Part shown: piece by piece, positions 51,426 through 64,000 of the stretch
How positions within the stretch are numbered: the stretch's first letter is position 1
Layout of the letters: each line of letters opens with the position of its first letter
Program-made: the position numbers and the translations under genes
Origin: Escherichia coli
Lineage (GTDB): Bacteria > Pseudomonadota > Gammaproteobacteria > Enterobacterales > Enterobacteriaceae
Reading direction: 5' to 3' (one strand)
Length of the DNA stretch: 64,000 nt
NCBI RefSeq assembly: GCF_003334315.1
Contig: NZ_QOWR01000012.1
Notes under the pieces: model-generated
Databases searched by the model: none
What the model was told of the DNA's origin: nothing
The model's input: only the letters and a program-made list of their open reading frames with translations

Positions 51426-51510
51426 TAAACCGCATTATGTTGGTGGTTATTGCGAGCCGCTTTCCAGAAACAGAAAAACCATTACCCCTGAAAACCGAAA
51501 AATGCCACAA

Positions 51511-51530
51511 TATTGGCTGTTTATACAGTA
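51511..51530 (+). promoter_or_regulatory. LexA (SOS) box of dinG, non-canonical
   Basis: tattggctgtttatacagta about 15 bp upstream of the dinG start; matches the described dinG operator. Confidence 0.7.
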
Positions 51531-51544
51531 TTTCAGGTTTTCTC

Positions 51545-53695
51545 ATGGCATTAACCGCCGCGCTTAAAGCGCAAATTGCCGCCTGGTATAAGGCGCTTCA
51601 GGAACAGATCCCCGACTTTATTCCCCGTGCGCCGCAGCGGCAGATGATTGCGGACGTCGCCAAAACGCTGGCCGGAGAAGAAGGGCGGCATCTGGCGATT
51701 GAAGCCCCCACCGGCGTTGGGAAAACGCTCTCCTATTTGATCCCCGGCATCGCCATTGCCCGCGAAGAGCAAAAAACGCTGGTGGTGAGTACCGCCAACG
51801 TGGCGTTGCAGGATCAGATTTACAGCAAAGATTTACCGCTGCTGAAAAAGATCATTCCCGATCTTAAATTCACTGCCGCTTTTGGGCGTGGGCGCTACGT
51901 TTGCCCGCGTAATCTGACGGCGCTCGCCAGCACTGAGCCCACGCAACAGGATCTGCTGGCGTTTCTTGACGACGAACTGACGCCAAATAATCAGGAAGAG
52001 CAAAAACGTTGTGCGAAGCTGAAGGGCGATCTCGACACTTATAAATGGGATGGTCTGCGCGATCATACTGATATCGCTATAGATGACGATCTCTGGCGTC
52101 GTTTAAGTACCGACAAAGCCAGCTGCCTCAACCGCAACTGTTACTACTATCGTGAATGCCCGTTTTTTGTTGCTCGTCGGGAGATTCAGGAAGCGGAAGT
52201 GGTGGTGGCAAACCATGCGCTGGTGATGGCGGCGATGGAAAGCGAAGCGGTATTGCCTGACCCGAAAAATTTACTGCTGGTGCTGGACGAAGGCCATCAC
52301 CTGCCGGATGTGGCGCGGGATGCGCTTGAGATGAGCGCCGAAATCACCGCGCCGTGGTATCGGCTACAGCTGGACTTGTTCACGAAACTGGTCGCTACCT
52401 GCATGGAGCAGTTTCGCCCGAAGACCATCCCACCGCTGGCGATCCCTGAACGTTTGAATGCGCATTGTGAAGAGTTGTATGAGCTTATCGCCTCGTTAAA
52501 CAACATTCTCAATCTCTACATGCCTGCCGGGCAGGAGGCAGAGCACCGTTTTGCGATGGGCGAACTGCCAGATGAAGTGCTGGAGATCTGCCAGCGGCTG
52601 GCAAAACTCACCGAGATGCTGCGTGGCCTGGCGGAGTTATTTCTTAACGATTTAAGTGAGAAAACCGGCAGCCATGACATTGTACGTCTGCATCGGTTGA
52701 TTTTGCAGATGAACCGCGCGTTGGGGATGTTCGAGGCGCAAAGCAAACTCTGGCGGCTGGCTTCGCTGGCGCAATCTTCCGGTGCACCGGTGACCAAATG
52801 GGCGACGCGGGAAGAGCGCGAAGGGCAGCTACACCTCTGGTTTCACTGCGTGGGAATACGTGTCAGCGATCAGCTGGAAAGGCTGCTGTGGCGCAGTATT
52901 CCGCACATTATTGTCACCTCCGCAACCTTGCGTTCGCTGAACAGTTTTTCGCGTTTGCAGGAGATGAGTGGTCTGAAAGAGAAAGCGGGCGACCGTTTTG
53001 TGGCGCTGGATTCCCCCTTTAACCACTGCGAACAGGGCAAAATTGTTATTCCCCGGATGCGCGTTGAGCCTTCCATCGACAACGAAGAGCAGCATATTGC
53101 CGAAATGGCGGCCTTTTTCCGTAAGCAGGTGGAGAGCAAAAAACATCTCGGTATGTTGGTACTGTTTGCCAGCGGACGGGCGATGCAGCGCTTTCTCGAC
53201 TATGTGACGGATTTACGTCTGATGTTGCTGGTTCAGGGCGATCAGCCGCGTTACCGTTTAGTTGAACTGCACCGCAAACGCGTCGCCAACGGTGAGCGCA
53301 GCGTGCTGGTGGGCTTACAGTCATTTGCCGAAGGGCTTGATTTGAAAGGTGATCTGCTCAGCCAGGTGCATATCCACAAAATCGCTTTTCCGCCCATCGA
53401 CAGCCCGGTGGTGATCACCGAAGGGGAATGGCTGAAAAGCCTCAACCGCTATCCGTTTGAGGTGCAAAGCCTGCCGAGCGCCTCGTTTAACCTGATTCAG
53501 CAGGTTGGGCGACTGATTCGAAGCCACGGTTGCTGGGGCGAAGTGGTTATCTACGACAAACGCTTGCTGACCAAAAATTATGGCAAGCGACTACTGGATG
53601 CATTACCGGTATTTCCGATAGAGCAACCGGAAGTCCCTGAAGGTATAGTTAAAAAGAAAGAAAAAACGAAATCCCCACGCCGTCGGCGGCGTTAA
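51545..53695 (+). CDS. dinG: ATP-dependent 5'-3' DNA helicase (Fe-S, XPD-like)
   Basis: ORF trimmed to MALTAALKAQIAAWYK (716 aa); Walker A (APTGVGKT), DEGH box, Fe-S Cys cluster. Confidence 0.95.
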   Translation: MALTAALKAQIAAWYKALQEQIPDFIPRAPQRQMIADVAKTLAGEEGRHLAIEAPTGVGKTLSYLIPGIAIAREEQKTLVVSTANVALQDQIYSKDLPLLKKIIPDLKFTAAFGRGRYVCPRNLTALASTEPTQQDLLAFLDDELTPNNQEEQKRCAKLKGDLDTYKWDGLRDHTDIAIDDDLWRRLSTDKASCLNRNCYYYRECPFFVARREIQEAEVVVANHALVMAAMESEAVLPDPKNLLLVLDEGHHLPDVARDALEMSAEITAPWYRLQLDLFTKLVATCMEQFRPKTIPPLAIPERLNAHCEELYELIASLNNILNLYMPAGQEAEHRFAMGELPDEVLEICQRLAKLTEMLRGLAELFLNDLSEKTGSHDIVRLHRLILQMNRALGMFEAQSKLWRLASLAQSSGAPVTKWATREEREGQLHLWFHCVGIRVSDQLERLLWRSIPHIIVTSATLRSLNSFSRLQEMSGLKEKAGDRFVALDSPFNHCEQGKIVIPRMRVEPSIDNEEQHIAEMAAFFRKQVESKKHLGMLVLFASGRAMQRFLDYVTDLRLMLLVQGDQPRYRLVELHRKRVANGERSVLVGLQSFAEGLDLKGDLLSQVHIHKIAFPPIDSPVVITEGEWLKSLNRYPFEVQSLPSASFNLIQQVGRLIRSHGCWGEVVIYDKRLLTKNYGKRLLDALPVFPIEQPEVPEGIVKKKEKTKSPRRRRR

Positions 53696-53722
53696 TGATG
53701 TGAGTCAGGTAAGGAGTCGTAA

Positions 53723-54685
<963 letters not shown>

Positions 54686-54691
54686 TTCTTT

Positions 54692-54768
<77 letters not shown>

Positions 54769-54813
54769 ACGCCCGGCGTGCAGCATAAAAATACAACAAA
54801 CACATAACATAAA

Positions 54814-55911
<1,098 letters not shown>

Positions 55912-55916
55912 AAAAA

Positions 55917-55938
55917 GCCCGTCCAGTGGCGGACGGGC
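55917..55938. terminator. Hairpin terminator between ybiC and ybiJ
   Basis: Stem gcccgtcc/ggacgggc with an A-run on the plus strand (T-run on the minus strand). Confidence 0.55.
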
Positions 55939-56019
55939 AAACAAGGGTAACATAGGATCAATGAGGGTTAGAGCATATGCGTCTGTCGGCAAACAGACAG
56001 GGAAATACTTGTGCTGGAC

Positions 56020-56135
56020 GTAGCGTAAACGCCTGATCCGTCCAACGGTTCGGATTTTGTAGGCCTGATAAGACGCGGTAGCGTCGCATCAGGCATCTGT
56101 TGCCGGATGCGGCGTAAACGCCTTATCCGTCCTAC
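56020..56135. repeat. BIME with at least two REP elements
   Basis: gtaggcctgataagacgcggtagcgtcgcatcaggca and tgccggatgcggcgtaaacgccttatccgtcctac. Confidence 0.75.
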
Positions 56136-56138
56136 GAA

Positions 56139-56399
56139 TTACTTATAAATTACCGCAGTACCGCTTAATTTATTGTTGTTGGTGGCGGAAGTGATGCTGT
56201 ATCCACTGGCACCGGCTGCCGCGGCTTTCTCAGCCAGTTTCGCTTCCAGGGCATCGAGGGTGGATGCGCCATCGGCAGAAACCACGCCGATTTTATTCAT
56301 GTTCTGTGCCTGGGATGCCGTTACCGGTTCCGCCGCGAACACGCCAAATGACAGAGTTGAAAGAGCCATAGCAGCAACAACAGTATTGATAGTTTTCAT
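56139..56399 (-). CDS. ybiJ: Small periplasmic DUF1471 (YhcN-family) protein
   Basis: 86-aa ORF with signal peptide; paralog of mcbA. Confidence 0.88.
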   Translation of the reverse strand: MKTINTVVAAMALSTLSFGVFAAEPVTASQAQNMNKIGVVSADGASTLDALEAKLAEKAAAAGASGYSITSATNNNKLSGTAVIYK

Positions 56400-56663
56400 A
56401 ATTAATCTCTCGCAGGTGATTTTTGTATAAGTGACGTTGTTTCGTCGATGTGATGAGTATCACGTTTTTTTACGAGAGATAAAATCGAAGAGAATTGACC
56501 GCCTTGTTCAAATAAATTGATTGATATCTAACCTACTGATAAACCATTTATTTGTTGTACTTATGAACTTGTTTTATACCGCGTGGCAGTCACAGCAGCG
56601 TTAAAGGCACGGAATGACACGCAAAATACAAATTATACTCGCTATGCATCTCGCCAGTTGTAG

Positions 56664-56930
56664 TTAACGTAACTGGCTGTCTTTCGAACCTCTGCGATTA
56701 TATCCTGTATAAGCTGGTTTTTGTAAATCTTTCTCCTGCTGACAATGAATACATAAGCGCACGCCAGGAATGGCTTCCCGACGGGCCTGCGGGATGGGGG
56801 CACCGCACTCTTCACATTCATCCAAGCTTTCGCCGCGCGGAATTTCACCCCGAGCGCGGGCAATCGCATCTTCAATTGTACTGTTGATCTGTTCGTTGAC
56901 GGCGTCATCGTTAGCCCAACCGGATGCCAT
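56664..56930 (-). CDS. ybiI: DksA/TraR-family C4 zinc-finger protein
   Basis: 88-aa ORF with CxxC-N17-CxxC (CEECGAPIPQARREAIPGVRLCIHCQ). Confidence 0.88.
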   Translation of the reverse strand: MASGWANDDAVNEQINSTIEDAIARARGEIPRGESLDECEECGAPIPQARREAIPGVRLCIHCQQEKDLQKPAYTGYNRRGSKDSQLR

Positions 56931-57003
56931 ATCGACCTCCCCATATCAATACTTGTACAGTTAAGTGTAGCTAATCCAGGGACGAACTCGGGCAGTTCAA
57001 GCA

Positions 57004-57681
57004 TCAGATCTCCGACCATTCCCGCAGCAGATTATGATAAAGATTAAGCAGCGACAGGATCTCTTCACTTTCGCCGTAGCGGCTTTTCAGCGACTGAATA
57101 TTGTTGTCCAGTTCAAACAGCATGGCGCGCTTTTTATCATCGCGGATCATCGACTGGATCCACATAAATGATGCCACTCGTACGCCGCGGGTTACGGGTG
57201 TCACGCAATGCAGGCTGCTGGAGGGATACAACACGAGATCGCCTGCCGGGAGTTTTACCCGATGTTGTCCGAAGGTGTCATTAACGACCAGTTCGCCGCC
57301 GTCGTAGCTTTGTGGATCGCTTAAAAACAGCGTGGCAGAAAGGTCAGTACGCATCCAGCCGTTTTGTGGATGGCTGCGTACTGCGCCATCCACATGGAAA
57401 CCATAGGTTTCATTGTTCTGATAGCGATTAAACAGCGGCGTGGAAAGGGTACGCGGCAAGGCCGCGGCAAAGAATAAAGCATGTTGGTTAACCGCGTTCA
57501 GCACCTCATTTTGCAGGGCGGCGTATAACGTGCTGCGGGTGTCGACCTGTTGATTGTTCTTAACTTGCGCACCTTGTGCGCCGGTGGTGACGCGTCCATC
57601 CACCCATTCGGCTTGTTCCAGTTGTTCGCGAAAACGAGCGACGTCCTGTGGCGATAACACGCCGGGAATGTGGTACATCAT
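57004..57681 (-). CDS. ybiX: PKHD-type Fe(II)/2-oxoglutarate-dependent hydroxylase
   Basis: ORF trimmed to [17 protein letters not shown] (225 aa); directly downstream of fiu. Confidence 0.88.
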
Positions 57682-57722
57682 ACAATTTCTCCAAAAAGTG
57701 GGGCCTGCGCCCCACATCTGAA

Positions 57723-60005
57723 TCAGAAATGCATATTGGCTGTGAGCAAGAAGGTTCTTGGCTCGCCCGGGTGATAACGGTAGCCGCTCTTGTTGATTGA
57801 GGCGACGTAATCGGTATCAAACAGGTTGTAAACGTTTAGCTGGAAGTCGAGATTGCGATTAACTCGATACCCCAGTTTGGCATCGGCGACCCAGTAACCT
57901 TCGGTAAACGCTGGCGTTCCCACCGCGCCGTCTGAACCTTTATGCATACTGCCGATATAGCGTGCGCCCGCGCCAACAGAGATATCGTCGGTTGCCTGAT
58001 ATTGGCTCCATAAGGTGAAGGCGTGCTCCGGGGTATACGGCAGCGATGAGGAACCATCCTGGGCAACATCTTTGCCGTTTTTGATGGTTGCTTTTTGCTG
58101 GGTATAGCCGCCAATCACCTGCCACGCGGGAGTGATATTCCCGGCCACGGATATCTCATAGCCTTCGACGCGTTTCTTACCGTATTGCGAGTAAGTTCCG
58201 TCATCATTTTGCTCAACTTCATTTTCGATATCAGTGCGGAACAGCGCGGCGGTGAGCAACAGACGTTTATCCAGAACCTGCCATTTGGTGCCAATCTCGC
58301 TGGTGTTGGCTTTTTGCGGTTTAAAATCGGTGCGGTTGGCACTGTTACCGCTGCCAGACTGCGCAAGGGCGAAGTTGTTGCCGCCCGGAGGCTGCTGGGA
58401 AACGGCATAGTTAATATAGACATTGCCGTTTTCCGTCAGGTGATACAGCGCCCCGGCTTTCCAGTTCATCAGATTGCCCGACTTGGCGGTGTCGACGGTG
58501 GTGACCGGAGAACCTTTTGCCACACCAGTTGGGCAGGTGATGGCACCGCGTCCGCTGCCGCCGCAGGCGGTGGCACTGTCATATTCAGTATGATAATTAT
58601 CCAGACGGATCCCGCCGTTCAGCTCAAAATCACGGGTGATTTGCAGCGTATCAAAGGCGTAAATTGCGAAGGTATCCGTCTGACCATTGGCGTTTGCGCC
58701 GTTGCGCGTCAGGCCGCCGGGATGAATGCTGCTGTCAGGATGATAAATATTTACCGCGGGTAACGTCACCGGATTAACGCCGTAGTTAGTCTGCGTTTCA
58801 CGGGTAAATTCCACGCCGGTACTGACATCATGACCGATAGAACCGGTATAGAACGTCGAGGTCAGGTTGGTCTGGTTGGTGAGAATTTTATTACTCACAT
58901 CTTTGGTATTCGCCGTGCGTGACCAGGTCCAGCTATTCACATCGCTGGTGGGCTGAGTAATATTCGACGCCCCGCCCATAATCGCCGTCATCAGGTAATC
59001 CTGCTTTACGCGCGACCAACGGGTAGTATTGCGAATGGTGGTGTTATCGTTGATGTCGTGCTCAAAACGCATGGTGGCGGTGTCGGTGGTCGAATCGTCG
59101 TAATCGGAATCCGTGCCGTAAAAGTTATGAGTATCAACTTTTCCGGAATGATTCAGGGCCGCCGTTCCCGCAGATGGGGCAGAATAGCCCGGCAAACCGA
59201 TGGTCGGAATGCCGCCGTCTGGCGTGTTGTGCTGGGTGACATGCAGATAATTAAGATACAAACGATTCGCTGTACCAAGGCCAAAAGCGACAGAAGGGGC
59301 GACGCCGTAACGCTCATTTTTGACTTTGTCGCGTCAGGCATCGTGCGTTTTTTCGCCCATTACATTCAGGCGCACCGCGGTGGTATCACCAATGACCTGA
59401 TTGACGTCCAGCGTGCCGCGGCGGAACCAGGCGCTGCCAATACTGGCGGAGGCGTCAATGCCGGAATCATTGCGCGGCTGCTTGCTGATCATATTGATCG
59501 AGCCTGTCGGTGCGCTGCGCCCGTAGTCGGTGCCGGACGGCCCTTTAATCACTTCGACCTGCTCGGTATTGAAGGTGTCGCGCGAGACGCTGCCGATATC
59601 GCGAATGCCATCAATATAAATACTGTTAGAGGTATCGGCACCACGCATATAAATGGCGTCGCCAGTGGTGGAGTTACCGTTCTCACCCGCAAAAAACGCA
59701 CCCACGCCGGGGACGTTTTTGAGCGCGTCGGTAAGGTTGGTTGCGCCCTGATCTTTAATCACTTGTTCAGAAATTACCGTCATCGTGCGGGTAGTATCCG
59801 CTACCGGACGCGAGAATTTCGGATCGGCAGATTGTTGTGGCGCATAAAGCGAAGGCGTTGATGCTTCGACAACCAGCGTGTCATCCGCGTTAGTTTGCTC
59901 TTCGGCGGCGAGTGCCTGAGCCACAGGCGTGATGCCAATACAAAGACCGGCAAAGAACGTGAGCGAATGAAATTGTCTGGCAGGGAAATTGCGATTGTTT
60001 TCCAT
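57723..60005 (-). pseudogene. fiu: TonB-dependent catecholate siderophore receptor Fiu, interrupted by an in-frame TGA at 59334..59336
   Basis: ORFs 59334..60005 (223 aa, signal peptide and plug) and 57723..59261 (512 aa, barrel ending in the C-terminal Phe) are in the same frame; hand translation reads ...EKTHDA-stop-RDKVKNERYGVAPSVAFGLGTANRLYLNY... across the break. Confidence 0.85.
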
Positions 60006-60109
60006 TTTGCAGGTGACTTTTTCTTATATGTTGAAATTTTCACTGCCACGAGAAAGCCTCTCTGCGGATGCGATGCCACTGTTAATCCCGTGATAGTGCT
60101 CGTGAAAGT

Positions 60110-60136
60110 GATAATAATTTTGATAAGCATTATCAC
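60110..60136. promoter_or_regulatory. Fur box upstream of fiu
   Basis: gataataattttgataagcattatcac resembles the GATAATGATAATCATTATC consensus. Confidence 0.6.
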
Positions 60137-60269
60137 TTGGAGCGATTTTCTATCACCCATTGCGCGAAAAAGAAATACATTTATTTACATTGAGTTCATA
60201 TTTGATGTTTTTTGATTACAAAACAGACGAAAACTGCATCCAGAGGCGAATGCAGTTACGTTGGTGGGG

Positions 60270-60530
60270 TTATTTGTAGATGGTTGCAGTACCGAACATC
60301 TGGTCATTTCCGCCTGCGGAATTAATGACATAACCTTTCGCGCCTTGTTCGCGCGCTTTTTCTGCCAGTTTATCCTCCAGATCGCTTAGGTTTGATGCGC
60401 CAGTTGCCGAAACGGTACCGGCGGGCCGTAGCTGACCGCTGTCCAGGTTACTCATCGGTTGCGCGGCATAAGCCGTGAGAGAGATTCCGCTCAGGACGGT
60501 GGCAATCAGTAGTGTGAGGCACTTTTTCAT
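60270..60530 (-). CDS. mcbA: Small periplasmic DUF1471 (YhcN-family) protein
   Basis: ORF trimmed to MKKCLTLLIATVLSGISLTAYA (86 aa); ends GTATIYK like ybiJ (GTAVIYK). Confidence 0.85.
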   Translation of the reverse strand: MKKCLTLLIATVLSGISLTAYAAQPMSNLDSGQLRPAGTVSATGASNLSDLEDKLAEKAREQGAKGYVINSAGGNDQMFGTATIYK

Positions 60531-60805
60531 AATGACATCCTCATAAATACAACGGGTAGTGCCTGATAAGTGTAGGTCGCCTGCGCGATGCAAATGACGC
60601 AAAAAATTGACAGAGATGTGCTTATTTTTTGAACGATATATTTTTACAAAATAAGACAAATCAATGACATGCATAATGCTGATTTTTATGATGAATTGCC
60701 ATAAACCATAGCCATGTTAAGGTTTTGGGGAATGATAAACGCAGCCAGATATTTACCCTGTCGCGTTATGCGGGTATCTTACGCCGCTGCTTAAAGGAGA
60801 ATGCT

Positions 60806-61732
60806 ATGTCCGCCCAGAAACCGGGGTTGCATCCGCGCAACCGTCATCACAGCCGCTACGATCTCGCCACGCTTTGTCAGGTCAATCCTGAACTCAGGCA
60901 ATTCCTCACGCTTACACCCGCCGGGGAGCAAAGCGTAGACTTTGCCAATCCGCTGGCGGTGAAGGCGCTCAATAAGGCGTTGCTGGCCCATTTTTACGCC
61001 GTAGCGAACTGGGATATCCCCGACGGTTTTCTCTGCCCACCAGTACCGGGCCGGGCGGATTATATTCATCACCTTGCCGATTTACTGGCAGAAGCAAGCG
61101 GAACAATTCCAGCGAATGCCAGCATTCTGGATATCGGCGTTGGTGCGAACTGTATTTATCCGCTGATTGGCGTACATGAATATGGCTGGCGTTTTACCGG
61201 TAGTGAAACCAGCAGCCAGGCGTTAAGCAGTGCGCAGGCGATTATCAGTTCTAATCCGGGGCTTAACCGCGCCATTCGTCTGCGTCGGCAAAAAGAGAGT
61301 GGGGCGATTTTTAACGGCATCATCCATAAAAACGAGCAATACGACGCGACCTTGTGTAACCCGCCATTCCACGATTCCGCCGCTGCGGCACGGGCAGGTA
61401 GTGAGCGTAAACGCCGTAACCTGGGGCTGAACAAAGACGATGCACTGAACTTTGGCGGCCAGCAACAGGAGTTGTGGTGTGAAGGCGGTGAAGTCACCTT
61501 TATCAAAAAGATGATTGAAGAGAGCAAAGGCTTCGCGAAGCAGGTGATGTGGTTTACATCACTGGTATCTCGTGGTGAAAACTTACCGCCGTTGTATCGT
61601 GCCCTGACGGACGTGGGCGCGGTGAAGGTGGTTAAAAAAGAGATGGCCCAGGGGCAAAAGCAGAGTCGCTTTATTGCCTGGACCTTTATGAACGACGAGC
61701 AGCGCCGCCGTTTTGTCAATCGCCAGCGTTAA
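60806..61732 (+). CDS. rlmF: 23S rRNA m6A1618 methyltransferase
   Basis: ORF trimmed to [19 protein letters not shown] (308 aa) with NPPF methyltransferase motif. Confidence 0.9.
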
Positions 61733-63954
61733 AGCGTTGGTTCCCCCGGCGGTAACGGTTCAGCCGGGGTCGCGCCCGGAGCAGGCAGCACCTGATAAGT
61801 CTGCACTGGCGCGCGAACGCCCGCCAGGTCGAAATGTTTTTTCACCTGGCTGTCGAGGGCAAAGCGTACCGTCCACTGTTTGAGTGGCAGCGTGGTGAAC
61901 GAAACACGCAGTGTAAACGCGGTATTGCTTAAGCCGACAATCCCGGCAAAATTCGGTTCACCAATAATCAGCCCGCGAATTTCTTCGTTTTCCATTAATT
62001 CCGCTACCGCATCTTTCAGTGCCTGATTGGCTTTATCAGCATCTTCATGGCGATCAACATCATAATTTGCCACCACCGAACCAATGCCGCGGACAAAGTT
62101 AGCAAAGGTGGTTATCGAAGACCACGGAATGATGTGATACGCCCCGGTATCCTGTCGTACGCCCACGGAGCGAATCGACATCCGTTCCACTGTGCCGGTC
62201 AACGGCCCGATAGTCACCAAATCTCCAGTGTTCATGCCGTTTTCAAACTGAATAAATACCCCGGTGATAATATCTTTCACCAGCGTTTGCGAACCAAACG
62301 AGATAGCCAGACCTAATGCCCCGGCACCTGCCAGCAATGGCGCGATATTGACGCCGATTTCCGACAACACAATCATGATGGTGATGGTACTGATAATCAC
62401 CGCCAGCGCGTTACGAAACAGCGTAAGCAGGGTACGCGTGCGGGCGCTGGGTAGCGGGCGGCCATGAATATCCGAAGCCAGCCGGTTTTCGATCAAACTG
62501 GCGAGCACCGTCCAGCCAACCGCCGAGAAGAAAAGAATGAGTGCGATACGGATCAGGATATCTACGGTTTTCTGCCCCGCGCCGTTTTGCAGCCAGTTCC
62601 AGAAATCGAACAATCCCCATGCGCTCAACAGCAACATTACCGCCACGCAGACTGTCAGAATACGCGCCGTTTTCAGCGCCGCCGACAGCCAGCCATTCAA
62701 CCGTTTTTGCAGCTCCGGATAGTTACGCTGAGTATGTGGCGAGAGAGTGATGGTTTTCGCCAGCCAGCGGGAAAACATACCGGAAACAAACGCTGCGATA
62801 CCAATAATCGCCAGGCTGCGCACCGTTGCACCCATCATAAATTTCAGGCTGTTGCCCGGATCGAACAACGAAAAGAAAAACAGCACGATAAAATAGGCGC
62901 TTGCCAGCCAGTGCCACACCAGCGCAAAGGCGCGGATAAACAGGCTGAAAAAGGCCAGCGAATGCTCCGCGAAGTTGAGCAAATGCTGGGTAATCTCTTT
63001 TTTATTACGAAAGATCAGGTACAACGCCCAGACGGTCATGCACAGCATAATGATGACGTTCGCCAGCGCACCTATCTGTACATTCACCTGATTAGAGATA
63101 ATCGGCACGGCCACAATCAGGCCATAACCTATCAAACTGCTTAACCAGCTCAGGCGACGACTCCAGTAACGGGCGCTCTCGTCCTGAATCGTGAACGGGC
63201 GCAGCTCCGCCACGTTTGGGCAAAAAATCAGGCGTAGTACGGCTTTGAAAAATTCAATGAGGGCAAAGGCGTTGAGAAACAAACTTTGTTGGAAAGCGAT
63301 GGTGCGACTGCCTGCATTCAGGTTGTCGCTTAATACCTGGCCGACAAATAATGTCAGGGCCAGTAACAGCAGGTCGATAATAAACGCCCCGATAATCATC
63401 GCCGGAAGCTGCAACCAGTTGCTGCGCTCACGATTTTTTTGCCGCGCCCACTGACCCATTTTGCGATACAGCGGCAGTGCGCACAGGCGAATCAGCCAGT
63501 AAAAACCAAACACTAATACCGCTAACATTGAAAAATGGGTCAGCGCATTGCTGAAGGTTTGTGGATTAAACGGCTTATGCGGGGAGCCGGTGATATTGCG
63601 ATAAAGTTGCCCGAAGCGGGCGGAAAGGGCTTCACCATAATGGCGGCTGACTTCGGTGACCTTTTGCAGCACGGTTTGCTCTTCGACCAGCGTCGGCGGC
63701 ACTATTTTTGGTACCGGTTCAGCAGGGGGCGTAGCGGCAACGGTGCGCAACTGGTCGATCAACTCTTTACGCGAGGTGTCATTATCCAGCACATCCGCCA
63801 GTGCGCCATAGGCCGCTTTTTTTTGTTCGATATCCGGTTCCGGGGCCGGTTCAGTCGTTGAGTCCGTTGTCGTTGTGGTTGTAACGCCGGGTATGGATAC
63901 CGCGTGGGCAGGTGCGCCCAGCAGGCAGAAGAGGATGAACAGGATCCACCGCAT
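61729..63954 (-). CDS. ybiO: MscS-family mechanosensitive channel
   Basis: ORF trimmed to [18 protein letters not shown] (741 aa); signal peptide, multiple TM segments, MscS-like C-terminal domain. Confidence 0.9.
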
Positions 63955-64000
63955 GACTCCTCCAGTGAGAAAATAGAGCAAAAAGATAAGTATAGATGCT

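Noticed and set aside
51410-51544. N-terminal extensions in the ORF track (dinG here; also galE, bioA, moaA, moaD, ybhK, ybhL, ybhJ, ybiX, rlmF, ybiO)
   Set aside because: The extended starts lack an RBS and run into upstream regulatory sites or neighbouring genes; the trimmed starts give the conserved N-termini and expected lengths.
59334-59336. TGA in fiu as a selenocysteine codon or programmed readthrough
   Set aside because: There is no SECIS-like hairpin immediately downstream, and I recall the intact protein having glycine at this position; a nonsense mutation or sequencing error is the simpler explanation.
60270-60540. Apparent 1-nt frame inconsistency when hand-translating around the mcbA start
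   Set aside because: The ORF track gives one continuous frame, so I attribute the discrepancy to my manual base counting rather than a real frameshift; mcbA coordinates follow the ORF track.

Overview
This window reads as a contiguous piece of Escherichia coli core chromosome (K-12-like gene order and protein lengths), running from the end of the lysT tRNA operon to ybiO: nadA-pnuC, zitB, ybgS, aroG, gpmA, galETKM, modF/modE, acrZ, modABC, ybhA, pgl, ybhD-ybhHIJ, ybhC, ybhB, bioA/bioBFCD, uvrB, ybhK, moaABCDE, ybhL, ybhM, ybhN-clsB-ybhP, ybhQ, ybhRSFG-cecR, rhlE, ybiA, dinG-ybiB, ybiC, ybiJ, ybiI, ybiX-fiu, mcbA, rlmF, ybiO. Gene identities come from recognising the translated ORFs and their lengths; no search was run. 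Start codons were trimmed from the ORF-track maxima to the conserved N-termini, and hand-counted site coordinates may be off by 1-2 nt. I see no prophage, IS element, integron or CRISPR array, and no inserted block that would constitute a new system. The one clear anomaly is an in-frame TGA that splits the outer-membrane receptor gene fiu into two ORFs. The best candidates for under-described biology are the ybhD-ybhH-ybhI-ybhJ cluster (AcnD/PrpF-like pair plus a carboxylate transporter) and the translationally coupled ybhP-clsB-ybhN lipid module. The intergenic DNA is rich in REP/BIME and ERIC repeats, including a local tandem duplication and two near-identical dispersed copies.
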